Source of the DNA: Azolla caroliniana
Taxonomy: Eukaryota; Plantae; Polypodiophyta
Length of the DNA stretch: 27,784 bases
Direction of reading: 5' to 3'
Assembly (NCBI GenBank): GCA_043228905.1
Contig: JBHGNT010000407.1
Location: forward strand, 1-27,784
Position numbers and translations under genes: made by a program. Positions 12,079-23,631 of the stretch are shown piece after piece. Each line of letters begins with the position of its first letter. Position 1 is the first letter of the stretch. The notes beneath the pieces were generated by a model. It had not been told where the DNA came from. It did not search any database and saw only the letters and a list, made by a program, of their open reading frames with translations.

Positions 12079-12909
12079 CTCATAAAAGGCCTAATCATCA
12101 TTACTACTACTGCTCGTATCAGTCGGACCCTAAACCCTAACCCCCCCCATCATCATCGGATGTGACGGACAAGCCACTCAATCAAGTCCTACACAGATCG
12201 GTGGGTGCGCGCCACGGAATTTGAAGCGATAGTGACATGGCATGCGCATCATTCACACTTAACAACGATGGCAAGTTCGCCGGAAAAATGGTGATGCCAG
12301 TGTAAGCCACGCATCATTCCCGTGTTAAGTAATAATATAGGTTGGAACATTGTCCATACTTTCGTTTCTATAGTTCTCGACCGATTATGGATAGGTTATT
12401 GTGAAAGACAATGGAAATTGGTTGCTTACGACGACACGAAGTTAATTAATTGCGTTGGCGTTCGTCCTCAATCTACTCATTTTTTATTGATTAGCCGTCA
12501 GCATCATATGAAAAAATAGTTGATGTGACCACAAAGTTATTCCTTTATAGGAGGAGGTGTATGCAGATTTGAACAAGTGTGGCATTCCGTGATTGATTGT
12601 TTGGAAACTTATAAAAAAGAAGAAGGAATGTCCATCCATATATGTGGTGAACCCTTTCTTTCCCTTCCATTTCCTGTTTCCCCATTGTAATTATAATGCA
12701 AAAAATCCAGAGCGTGCTATGTATGTTCCACTGATAAAGACTTGCGTATGAAAGAGATTGCTCTGAGTTTATCCAAGGAAGTACGATCATTTAGGTTAAT
12801 CTAATTTCCATGAAGTCCTATATCAACTATTATAGATGTTGAAGAAGAAGGAAAAGAAAGGGATAATTGTGTAAAGTAAAGCCTACAATTTTTACATTTT
12901 CATTCAGGT

Positions 12910-13594
12910 CGTTGATGTGCTGTGCATTCATTGATCTTGAACCAGAATGATATATATGATTGTGTACAAGTTAGAATTTTCTTTAAGTGAAACATTTGTC
13001 AATTTAAGAAGCCCTAATTCTTCACATGAGAATCCTCCTCGCAACATTGCCTCAGTTTTCACAAAATTCTTCAAATGTTTTATTTGTGATCTCCTGCGTT
13101 CTCTGTGGTGCAGAATGGGAGTATTTCCTTGGAAAGATTTGAGGGGTATTTATGTAAATGTTATGCATTGCGCGACAGGTATGCTTGAGGGTATTTCCTT
13201 GAAAATGTTTGACTGGTGTTTTCATAAATTTCCATGGGCATTTTATTTTCCAGTAATTGTTGCCATTGACTTGCCCTGCATTCCAAATCAGACCTACATT
13301 AGGGAAGCTTTTCTTAAAGAAATTTGAGGAGTTCCCTGGGCATTTTACTTTCCATCCATTGTTGATATGCCATTCAAATATGATATGCAGGTGGGAATCT
13401 TTTCCGTGCAAGTTCTCATGGACATTCTCAGGCACAGACACATGCTATTTCCTCAAAGGCTTGCAAGGTAAAGGTGTATGGGGAAGGTGTGGAGATCAGT
13501 GCTGGAGATTGGGTCACTTTTACTGATGGAATGGATTGTAACTTGTACATGGGAGGTCTTTGAAGCTGTTGATAAGCACTACACCATCTCTTAA
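12910..13594 (+). pseudogene. Truncated, frameshifted duplicate of the cupin gene (intron and exon 2 only)
   Basis: 12910-13390 parallels cupin intron 15886-16304, and 13391-13594 parallels exon 2. The exon copy has a 4-nt insertion (AAAGGC-TTGC-AAGG), a ~12-nt deletion and another small insertion. No exon-1 counterpart is visible upstream. Confidence 0.9.
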
Positions 13595-15303
13595 ATCTGT
13601 ATTAAAAAGAAGAAGAACCTCTGGGAGCTTGTGAAAATGAATCCTCGTATGCTTATTTTATCCACTCTAATTCTGATGTAATCATTATCAACACGATAGA
13701 TATGTTGATTGTTTATTTGTATATTTAATCTTGTATCTTGTTTGTGGTACTTCATGGATGAGGTGGAGGCTCATCTTCACTATAAATGTAGAGGAAGTCG
13801 AATCTCATATGTAAAGCATTTGGTTAAAGTTTAAGATAATGTAAGTTTGGGCAAATTGTTTTCCCCCTCTATCTCTTCGACTTCTTTTCCATCAAGTTAT
13901 TTATGAGCCTATGAAGCATTGGGCGATGTTTATACGCTCTAGGGCTTGGTTCAAGATGATGATGTAGAGAAAATTTAAAATTTCGCAAATGGTTCTTAAT
14001 GCTTAGGCACTATCAATAGACGTATATAAGCTCTTATGGTTTATGATTATAATGTAGAAAACATTTGAATATTTTCAAATGGTTCTTAATGCCAAGAGAC
14101 AGAATATGAACAGGCAAATATAAGCTCTTTAATGGGTTCAGTTTCTAAATACTCGGATCGATGTTAGCACATGGATTTGGTGTCTATTCAGATCAGCATT
14201 ATGGTAGTTCAACTGTTACAGGTTACAGTTACACTCTCAATGTGACCACGATTGATCCAGCTCAACACCTTAGAATAGATCGCACAGCTTCAAGCAGAGT
14301 ATGTGATGGATTGCTTCTTACAAATACAAGTTTTGTGATGCTTTAGCATTAAAACTTTTCAAATGTCAAGACGTCTGCTGGTAAATAATTTCAACAAGTA
14401 TCTTGTCAAGTAGTAAAACTCATTTTTTGTTCAGTTTTTCCAATACATTTGGATGTCTGATACCATGAGTGTGAGAATGAGCTGCTCGCATTCAACTGTG
14501 CAAGGCTTGTTAGAATGCAATTTCATTGATATCGAAACCATCAGTCCGCATCGACGAATACAATTAGACTTAAATGTGAGGAGTGAATAAGCATTCCTTA
14601 GAGATTCTGGACTGGAAAACCTGAATTATCAATCCCTCCTTCAGAGAACTTCAGACTATATATCAGGAAAGTCTTATACGGATACCCTGGAATGTCATAA
14701 ACCCTTGGAAGCATAGAATCATTGTGCACATTCAGATACATCAATCATTGTGATTGCAATCGAGCCCCTCTCTACTTTGCATTCCATTCTGACTAATAAC
14801 TACTAGAGTTGGGAGAACCCGATCATCGGATGTGACGAGTCACTCGATCGAGTCCTACATGGATTGGTGGGTGCGCGGCATGAAATTTTGAATTCGCCAA
14901 AAGCAATAGTGACATAGCATAGGCATAATCATGCCTTCACATAACAATGATGGCAAGTTCCCGGAAAAATGTTGATAGGCCATTGTAAACCACGCACCAT
15001 TCCCGTGGTAAGTAGTATAGGTTATTGAACAATGTCCATACTTTATTTTAGTTCTCTACTAATATGGATAGGTAGAACCTCTCCACGCCAACAAGAAGTT
15101 TGGCATTCCGTGATTGATCGGGAAGTTATCAAAAGAGGGAGGTTCATATCTTTACCTTAAAGACAACCTAGGAGCTTTGAAAAGGAGAGGGCATATACAT
15201 ATGTATGAATTCATACACACAACATGTCGAGGTGCAAGTGCGTCCATGTGTGTGCTCAACAACGATCACAGATTGTGGGTTGCACGGACTTGGACACAAC
15301 GCA

Positions 15304-15398
15304 AGGACATGGGCATGGACATGGACATGGACATGAGCACATTGTTTGTTTGTTGTGGGGACTCGGTCACAACCATGTACACACACATACACACACAC
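15304..15398. repeat. (GGACAT)n and (CA)n simple repeats upstream of the cupin gene
   Basis: GGACAT GGGCAT GGACAT GGACAT GGACAT at 15305-15334, and a CA-rich tract at 15379-15398. Confidence 0.85.
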
Positions 15399-15419
15399 GA
15401 AACATGGACATAGTCTAGC

Positions 15420-15545
15420 AATGGGCCCGGTTTCGGTTTCGGTTTCTTTGCCTTGAAACCGAACCGAACCGAGTCGAACCATTTATATAAAATAAAAACC
15501 AAACCCAAACCCAAACCCAAACCTTCTTCTCTCCTTCACACACAT
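15420..15545 (+). promoter_or_regulatory. Core promoter of the cupin gene (site II TGGGCC, TATA box, Y-patch)
   Basis: TGGGCCC at 15422, TTTATATAAA at 15482-15491, then (CCAAAC)n and a CT-rich patch about 100 nt before the ATG. Confidence 0.6.
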
Positions 15546-15627
15546 ACACACACCTTTGAAGGAGAAGAAGAAGAAGAAGAAGCAGCAGCAGCAGAGGAGA
15601 AGAAGAAGTGTAGGTAGGAAGCACACC

Positions 15628-16509
15628 ATGTCCCTTACCCTAGCAATTGGAGCCCCTCTCAAGAACGCTGCTGCCACTACCTCTACTGCTTCTTCTTCTG
15701 CGTCTCTTCTTCTTCGTCTCCGCCCTCCTCCTCCTCGTGTGAGACCCATACGAGCCATGGCTAAGGAGACAGTGGTGGAGGAGAAGATCGGTGTTCGCGT
15801 GGAGAGGAACCCTCCCGAGTCTCGCCTCTCAGAGCTCGGCGTCCGATCGTGGCCAAAGTATGTTGTGAACATTTTTTCATTGATCGTTGATGTGCATCCA
15901 TTGATGTTGAACGAGAAATGATATACATTTGCTTATGTAAAAGTTAGAAATTTCTTTAAGTGAAACATTTGTCAAAGAATCCCCTGATTCTTCACACAAG
16001 ATTTCCCCTCGCAATATTGCCTCAGTTTTCACAAAATTCTTCAAATGCTTTTTTGGGATCTCCTGCGTTCTCTATGGTGCAGATGGGAGTATTTCCTTGG
16101 AAATATATGAGGGGTATTTTGTTGAAAATATTCAGTTTAGTGTTTTCATAAATTTCCGTGGGCATTTTATTTTCCACTACATAATTGTTGCCATGCATTC
16201 CGAATCAGCTACATTGGGGTAGCTTTTCTTAAAGAAATTTGAGGAGTTCCCTAGGCATTTACTTTCCATCCATTGTTGATATGCCATTCAAATATGATAT
16301 GCAGGTGGGGGTGTTCTCCGAGCAAGTTCCCATGGACATACTCAGGCACAGAGACATGCTATCTCCTCAAAGGCAAGGTAAAGGTGTATGGGGAAGGCAC
16401 TTCTGAATATGTGGAGATCGGTGCCGGAGATTTGGTCACTTTTCCCGATGGAATGAGTTGTACATGGGAGGTCTTTGAAGCTGTTGATAAGCACTACACC
16501 TTCTCTTAA
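15628..16509 (+). CDS. RmlC-like cupin (DUF861/cupin_3) with probable chloroplast transit peptide, 144 aa; resembles Arabidopsis TRR14-type proteins
   Basis: Exons 15628-15857 and 16305-16509, joined by a phase-2 GT-AG intron. The N-terminus is S/A/R-rich. The core reads NPPESRLSELGVRSWPKWGCSPSKFPWTYSGTETCYLLKGKVKV...IGAGDLVTFPDGMSCTWEV..AVDKHY. Confidence 0.93.
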
Positions 16510-16782
16510 ATTTGTATTAAAAAGAAGAAGTACCTCTGGGAGCTTGTAATCATTATCAACATGATAGATATGTTGATTGTTTATTTGTATATTTGATCTC
16601 GTATCTTGTTTGTGGTACTTCATGGATGAGGTTTGAATCTCATATGTAAAGCATTTGGTTAAAGTTTAAGATAAGGTCAGTTTGGGCAAATTGTTTTCCC
16701 CCTTTATCTCCCCCACTTCTTTTCCATCAAGTTATTCATGAGTCTATGAAGCATGGGGTGATCTTTATACGCAGTAAGGCTT

Positions 16783-16978
16783 GGTTCATGATGATGATTT
16801 AGAGAAAATTTTAAATTTTGCAAATGGTTCTTAATTCTTGGACACAATAACAATAGGCATATATAGGCTCTTTTGGTTTATGATGATAATGTAGAAAAAA
16901 TTTAAAATTGTGCAAATGGTTCTGAATGCCAAGAGACAGAATATGAACAGGCAAATATGAGCTCTTTAATGGGTTCAG
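16783..16978. repeat. Degenerate ~92-bp tandem repeat (2 copies), also present in duplicate A (~13948-14140)
   Basis: GGTTYATGATGAT...AGAAAA.TTTAAA.TT.TGCAAATGGTTCT.AAT...AGGCA.ATAT..GCTCTTT occurs twice. Confidence 0.8.
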
Positions 16979-18010
16979 TTTCTAAGTACTTAGAATTGGC
17001 TACTACTGATGTGACTTTATGCTTTACTATTGGCTGTCATATTTTCAATATTAGCTTGCATAAGTAAAGCAGCCAGGTCTTCAAGGTTTCTTGTAAAAGT
17101 GGCAAAAACATGCGTCATACATTGTTCTATATCCCAATTTCTGTAGCTTCTCGGCGGAAAGGCAGTCTAATCTCAAATCATGCATTTCTTGTCAATGTTT
17201 TTTCAATGGATGGGGATACTGGTACAGAATTTCTACAAGAAGCAATACGTTGCAAAACATAGACTGCATGTGCTCATATCAAACAATGGCATACATTTGT
17301 TCATGTCTATCTTGACAAGAGCCCAATCCTGCCTACCAGGATTGATGATAGCATATGGATTTGGTGTCTACTCGGATCAACATTATGGTAATTCAACTGT
17401 TACAGGTTACAGTTACATTTTCAATGAGGTCACGATTGATCCAGCTCAACACCTTAGAGGAGAACGCACAGGTTACAAGTTTTCTGATGTTTTAGCATGA
17501 GAACTCTTCAAATATCAAGATGTCTGCTGGTAAAAAATTTCAACAGTATCTTGTCAAGTCGTAAATCTCAATTTTTGTTTATTTGGTTGGCCACGCCTTA
17601 GCTCAGATTTTCCAATGCAGTTGGATGCCTGATACCACGATCGTGTGAATGACCTGCTTGCATTCAATTGTGCAAGGCTTGTTAGGATGCAATTTCATTT
17701 ACATCGAAACCATCAGTCCCCTTCGACAAATACAATTAGGTGAGACTTAAATGTGAGAGTGAAGCCTTAGAGACATTCTGGACTGGAAGACCTGAATTAT
17801 CAATCTCTCTTTCAGAGAACTTCAGACTATATATCAGGAAAGTTTTATACAAATACCCTGGAATGTCACAAACCCCTGAATCATTGTGCACATTCAGAGA
17901 ATCTTCCATGCATTCTGAATCATCGATCATTATGATTGCAATTGAGCCCCTTTCTACTTCGCCATTACCAAGTGAGGACAACAAACACCCCCCCTCCCCC
18001 CAGATTTCAA

Positions 18011-21000
18011 TCAAATCTTCGTACAAGAGTGTAGACATAACCCAGACGACTCTGTGCTGAACTCACAAGAGCAATTCCCATTGTTAAAGTGGTGAACCTG
18101 GTGAGAGTCATTTATAATAATTTCCCGTTTTTCCATTCGAGATATAATCTTACTAACATTGTGGCAGTCTTGACATACCCGAAGATTCTTGGAAACACGT
18201 AGAGTCACTCCTTCAGCTGTGCTGAGGAGCCCAAAAGCTATAGCGAGCTTCTCACAATGCCCAAGCAAAGCCTCTTCCTTACTTTCTTTACTTTTCTCTG
18301 GTGCCACCTCTGATCCTACTGCACTTAATTGAGGTACATAACCTTCCGCTCTCAAACGCACAGATAACCTTTTTAGATTAGCATAGATCCTGTCGCTCTC
18401 TGGATGAGTTTTATCTCCAACAACGAATTCATGCACATCACTGTTGATTTCAATCCATGCCCTTCCAGGAACTTTCCACACATTCAAACATTTTCTCTCT
18501 TCGTCTATTGTATGTGCTTCTTCCAACATGCCGGCATCAGCATAGATATTAGACATTAGCACATAGGCTACAGCTACCTTTGAATCCAGCCTAATGACCT
18601 GACCAAAGCACTTCCTTCCAATTATCACATTTTTATACTTCTGGCATGCTGCAAGCAAAGACATCCATGCAGTACTATCAGGAAACATGGGTAAAATCTC
18701 AAGTAGCTCTTCAGCCTCTTCTAGGTGTCCTCTCTTCCCAAGGAGTTCAACTATACAGCCAAAATGTTCAATACCCGGTGTAATGCAATAAAAATCTCTC
18801 ATGCACCGGAAAAACTTCAGACCCTCTTCGACATGTCCTGCACGACTGCACGAGGCGAGAATACATGTGAAAAGAATGCTATCAGGTACTAAATCCTCTT
18901 CTTCCATACCTTTCAGATACAGCCTTAATGACAAGAAATCAGCCCTTTGCGCAAGCATTGAGATCATAATACTCCATGATGCTTCATTTCGACTCTCCAT
19001 CGCATTAAAAACAATCTGTGCCTCATCAAGACCCTCACACTTGGTATACATATCTAAAAGCGCATTTCCAATTTTCGTATCTAATCCGAAACCCTTTAAG
19101 ATTACTTCACAATGTAAGGACTGTCCTTGGCGCAAGACACTGATACCACCACAGGCAGTTAGGAGAGAAATAAAGATCGCTTCATCAGCATCGGGACCAT
19201 ATCTTTTCATTCTATCATAAAGCTGAAAGGCAGATATAAGATGCCCATGCTGAACATAACCAGCCATCATTGCACCCCATGACACAACATCCTTAGATTC
19301 TATATCTTCAAATGCTCTCAAGGCACCCTCTAAATCTCCGCATTTAGAATACATGTCAATGAGACTGCTTCCTAGAAATGCACATACTCTAATTCCACTC
19401 AGATGAATCTGCTCGTGTATATTCACACCTTTCTCTAAATCGCCAATATCACTGCATGCTTTGAGTACACAGGAGAATACATAACTGTTGGGTTTTACAC
19501 TGAGCAATTTCATTTTCGCGAAAAGTTCCAACACGGTATAGCTAAAGTTATGTTGTGTATATCCAGCCATCATAGCACCCCATGCTACAATATTTTTACA
19601 GCCATGCCAATTATCAAAAACTTTATGGGCCTCCTCCAAGCATCCACATTTACAATACATGTCAATAAGGTTACTCTGGATGTATTCATCCAACTCTAGC
19701 CCATCTTTAATAACCTGATCATGTATCATCTTGCCCTCATATAAAGACCCAATGCTTGCACATGCTTTCAAGATGCACGATAATGTAATTTTGTTTGGCT
19801 CCATTCCCTTAATCAGCATGCTTTCAAATACTTGGAGAGCACAAGGAATTCGTTCATTCAAGGTATAACCTGCAATGAGTGCATTCCAAGACACCACATC
19901 TGCGTTCGGCAAGTCTTCGAACACTTCACGAGCTTCTTCAATGCTCTCACATTTTGCATACATATCTATTAGACTATTCGCAATGCGAAGAGTTGTATCA
20001 AACCCGATTTCAATCACTTGATCATGCAAGAGCATACCCTTGTCTAAATCCCCAAGGCTACCACATGCATTAAAAATGGATGAATAAGTGACTTCATTTG
20101 GCTCAATCCCTTCACACTGCATTTCCTCAAATAATTGAATAGCAAGATCTATATCTTTGTTCTCTATACACCCATCAATCATTGTAGACCATGTTACAAC
20201 ATTCTTGTATTGCAATACATTGAAGATAATCCGGGCTTTTCGCAAATCTCCAGTTTTGGCATAGAAATTAATCAACGAACTAGCAACAAATAGATCAGAT
20301 AGAAGTCCCGACTCTATAATATGTTCATGTACTAACTGCCCTCGTGATATCGCCTTTATGCTCACACAACACTTTAGAGCACACGTGAATAGGAAGCTAT
20401 TACGGACAATTCCTTGTTCTTCCATTCTCATATATATTTCCAGAGCTCTCTCGCTTCTTCCATGAGCAACATATGCGAGCATGAGGGCATGCCATGTTGA
20501 AAGACTTGGACATAAAACCTTACAAAATACAAGGTCGGCTTCGGATAAGCATCCACATGTGTCGAATAGACGGATAAGATTGTCTACCATAGAAGGAATC
20601 AAATCCAAACCATTGCTTATCAGAGAGAGCTGTATACCTCTACCATTGATAAGATCCTGCTTTTCTATACATTCATGCAACATAAAACAACAAGTCTCAG
20701 GAGAGATAAGTGACATTCTGTCATACATTCCATTTTTCCTGCTGTATATGTGGTTATAAACACCTCCATCTTGAACATTCACATGCATTTCGATGTCATT
20801 AGAATGAGATGTTGGTCCAAAGACAACATTTTGTTGAAATTCTGCAGCAAAGATATATCTATCTGGCTTCTCAGCTACATGTTTTTGCCCCGATGTAAAG
20901 TGAGCAACATCCCTAAAAACATCAAGGTAAATTTTGCATTCAGAAAACGTGAAGGAAAAAATGGGAAAAGGAAATTTAGGCTAAATTCTGAGTTTAACCA

Positions 21001-21519
21001 GGGAATTCCAAGAGCTCCACAGAGATAGGAGATTTAGATCTATATTTTATTAGAAAGTAGCAAAAAATCAACAGAGAAAGGAATTTGAGTGTTAAACTCT
21101 AGCAGAAAATCTGAAGAAATCAAATGAGAAATCAAATTGTACAATTGGGGAAAAAAAATCTAACAGGAAATGCCAAAAACAGCAATAGAAAAGAGAATCT
21201 AAGGCTAATGGTATAATGAAAATGATAAAGAAAGCAATTGTAGGGTTAAAAGATATCCGGGAATGCATACAACGAAAACTTGAGGTTATAGTAATTATCA
21301 AGAAGTGTCAAAAAAAAAACACAGGGCTCTAAAAGGAGATCGTGGAAATCTAGGGTTTAAAGTTTCTATCCGTAAATACCATGAAAAGAGGAAGAGGGAA
21401 AGGAAAGGTGTTGACCTGATTCTGTAGTAAGGAAGAGTTGGAGCTGTGTGGATCCGATGAAAAGGAGAGGGCTGTGCAGAAGCACCGATTACTCCGAGTG
21501 CAAGAGGATCCACCTCCAT
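18011..21519 (-). CDS. PLS-class pentatricopeptide repeat protein with E1-E2 and a variant DYW deaminase domain (organellar RNA-editing factor), ~1001 aa
   Basis: ORF 20788-18011 has about 20 P/L/S repeats, E1, E2, a PG box (KVPGRAWIE), HCEKLA and CQDCH. The frame stays open upstream to an acceptor at 20913 and joins in phase 2 to a first exon 21519-21416 (MEVDPLALG...YYRIR; donor AG|GTCAAC). Confidence 0.93.
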
Positions 21520-21899
21520 CTCCTGTGAACAACTAACTACTCTGCAGTGCTGTTAGTATCATGATAAGTACATACATACATACATATCATCGAATGACAT
21601 GATAGAATAAATTAAATGCTCTTCTCCAAGGATCGATCAAACTGTAGATGGACATTTCTTATTTTGGATGGCTGGGTACACACCACATCCCCACTGTTGT
21701 AATCAATTTGGGTCTCATCATGGGCCAAATTTGGTGTTAGAAGACGGTTAATCTCTCTTTTTCTTTTGGTGAAAACACACAATTATATTAGTAAATGTGT
21801 GTGAAAAACACTTCTTACAATGGGTGTCCGCGGTCGCAATGGAATGGGGTATGCACACCCACTAACTACACTACACTACATGGGTTGTGGAACATGTTG

Positions 21900-23050
21900 A
21901 ATTGCCAGTAGGTGCAAGACGAACACTCCACCGAGGAATTGATTTCCGCTTGCTCCAATAAAGAAATTTGTCACATTAGTACTCCTTTCAACTTTCGTGG
22001 GCATGCTATGACTCCCACACCAACCATCAAATGCAAAAGCTTTTCACATATCCCAATTATGATGCAATCCTCGATACCTGAGAAATAAGAAAACGATCTC
22101 TATCTTTGATTTTTGGTCAACACCCACTCTCTAGGGGTCAAATAACGCCACGATAAAACTTGCCAAATTTGATAAATGTAACTCTAGATATGAGACGCAA
22201 TCAGATATTGTATGAAACGATGAGTACTATCTTCCAATTGAACAATGCAAAAGAAGCAATTGTTCATTGCTTTAGAGCTAATCCCAAAGGCAACCTCCCA
22301 ATCAAAACTCTCCAAATGAAGATCTTTGCTATAAGTGGCAATTTATACTGCCATTAAGATTTGCCATCGTCCATTATCAAAGTTGTGTATTTTCCATTCT
22401 TCTTCAGCCTTGGATAATAGCCATCGAAAAGACTCAATGAAGAAATGATACAAAAAATTAGTCGTCACTTGTAAAAACAATGTCTCGCCCCATAAACACC
22501 AATCAATCCACGGTTTCTCTTCTGTTTGTAAAGGTAAAGGACCTTGCATCATTGCAATATTTTGTAGTTGTTGCTAGATAAACCCATAATTGGGTGCGCG
22601 CGCACACTCACATACACACACACACTCTCTCTCTCTCTCTCTCTCTTAAAAGTTCAAACATGCATGTTTGTTAACTTCTTATCTCCTAGGATATACAAAA
22701 GCCAACCAAGTGCTCTTAAATGGCATACAAAGGCAATGCTTTGCATTGTGCTTTAGCACGTAATGTCTTGCTTTTCATGTGCGTGGATATTATATACACC
22801 ATAGGATCCACCACCAACGAAAGGAATTCACTACGATCAACCATTGTAAAAGCTTGTAAACTTGTATGTATGTTGATAACAAATTCTTGCACAAATCTAG
22901 ATCCTCTGAACAATACATCTTTAATTCAACCATGTAAATGTGCATCTTACCGATGGACTAAGAATATGAATATTTGATCAACCAGAAACAAACCCTTCGA
23001 TTTTGTGTAGTCATATACCCTCCCAACTATCTACTACAACGACGAGGAAC
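21900..23050 (-). mobile_element. Degenerate LINE/L1 ORF2 fragment (zf-RVT region)
   Basis: Minus-strand translation of ~22353-22160, across frameshifts and stops, gives WQYKLPLIAKIFIWRVLIGRLPLGLALKQ*...CFFCIVQLEDSTHRFIQYLIASHI*. This matches the KxFxWRxxxxRLP...CxxC....E...H.F pattern of plant L1 zinc-binding domains. The outer boundaries are uncertain. Confidence 0.7.
22596..22645. repeat. (GC)n(CA)n(CT)n compound microsatellite
   Basis: Directly visible. Confidence 0.9.
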
Positions 23051-23289
23051 TTACACGATGATATGCAATGATTGATTTTGTCTCAAAACTAGCCGCACCG
23101 AACCAATATTGCCAACATTGAAACAGGTTCCATAAGCGAAACCAAACATGATTTGGGTCTCAAAACTAGCGAAACCGATTTATTCGTGTGCGAGATCGAC
23201 CATCATTTCGTCCGCTACTTTTTCTGTAGTCGTGTATGGAACTTCCGTCTTTCAACTCTTCATGGCATCAAACAATTATGTCATGGTTG

Positions 23290-23568
23290 AGCTCTAAACC
23301 CTAATTTCCCAATCTCGCATATGTATATGTACAATTTAACGAGCGGTGGCCGAACCCGGAAATACTATGTAGGAAAGCATATCTAAACCCTAAACCTAAG
23401 GTAAAACTCCAAACTCTCCCAACACTCTGAACCCTATACATACCCTAAAAGGAAGAAAAGAACAGTTGACCCCTAACCGGTAACCGTAAAATCTCACACT
23501 AAACCATTGCCCTGAGATCTGTTTTAATCCGTCATCAGAATTAAGAGCTCGTCGTTTTATTTGAACAG
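23290..23568 (+). promoter_or_regulatory. Telo-box-rich leader and probable 5' UTR intron of the second PPR gene
   Basis: AAACCCTAA at 23296 and 23385 plus nearby variants. Donor AAG|GTAAAA at 23401 and acceptor TTGAACAG| at 23568. Confidence 0.5.
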
Positions 23569-23631
23569 GCTTCTAATCTGCTCCAGATCAAGTTTCTCAT
23601 CATATACCCTGCTTCTACCAGACATGTCGAC

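Larger units (their letters stand above)
12152..17970 (+). repeat. Tandem segmental duplication: copy A ~12152-14790, copy B ~14822-17970
   Basis: Collinear matching blocks: 12152-12395/14822-15073, 12580-12626/15101-15142, 12910-14150/15886-16990 and 14160-14780/17345-17960. Confidence 0.9.

Noticed and set aside
12947-13441. ORFs 12947-13327, 13052-13441 and 15960-16151
   Set aside because: They fall in the cupin intron or its duplicate, and the frames are not conserved between copies.
15114-15872. Several overlapping ORFs around the cupin promoter, including the K/Q/R-rich extension from 15556
   Set aside because: Products of simple repeats and antisense shadows. The first real ATG is 15628.
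16783-16930. Possible C/D box snoRNA (ATGATGA at ~16788 and ~16880, CTGA at 16922)
   Set aside because: It lies in an AT-rich tandem repeat with no recognisable rRNA antisense element, and the D box is absent in the duplicate copy.
14161-17500. Similar small ORFs 14161-14346 and 17180-17500 (GFGVYSDQHYG) suggesting a small-protein family
   Set aside because: The similarity is explained by the tandem duplication. Differences include many replacements and indels, with no sign of purifying selection.
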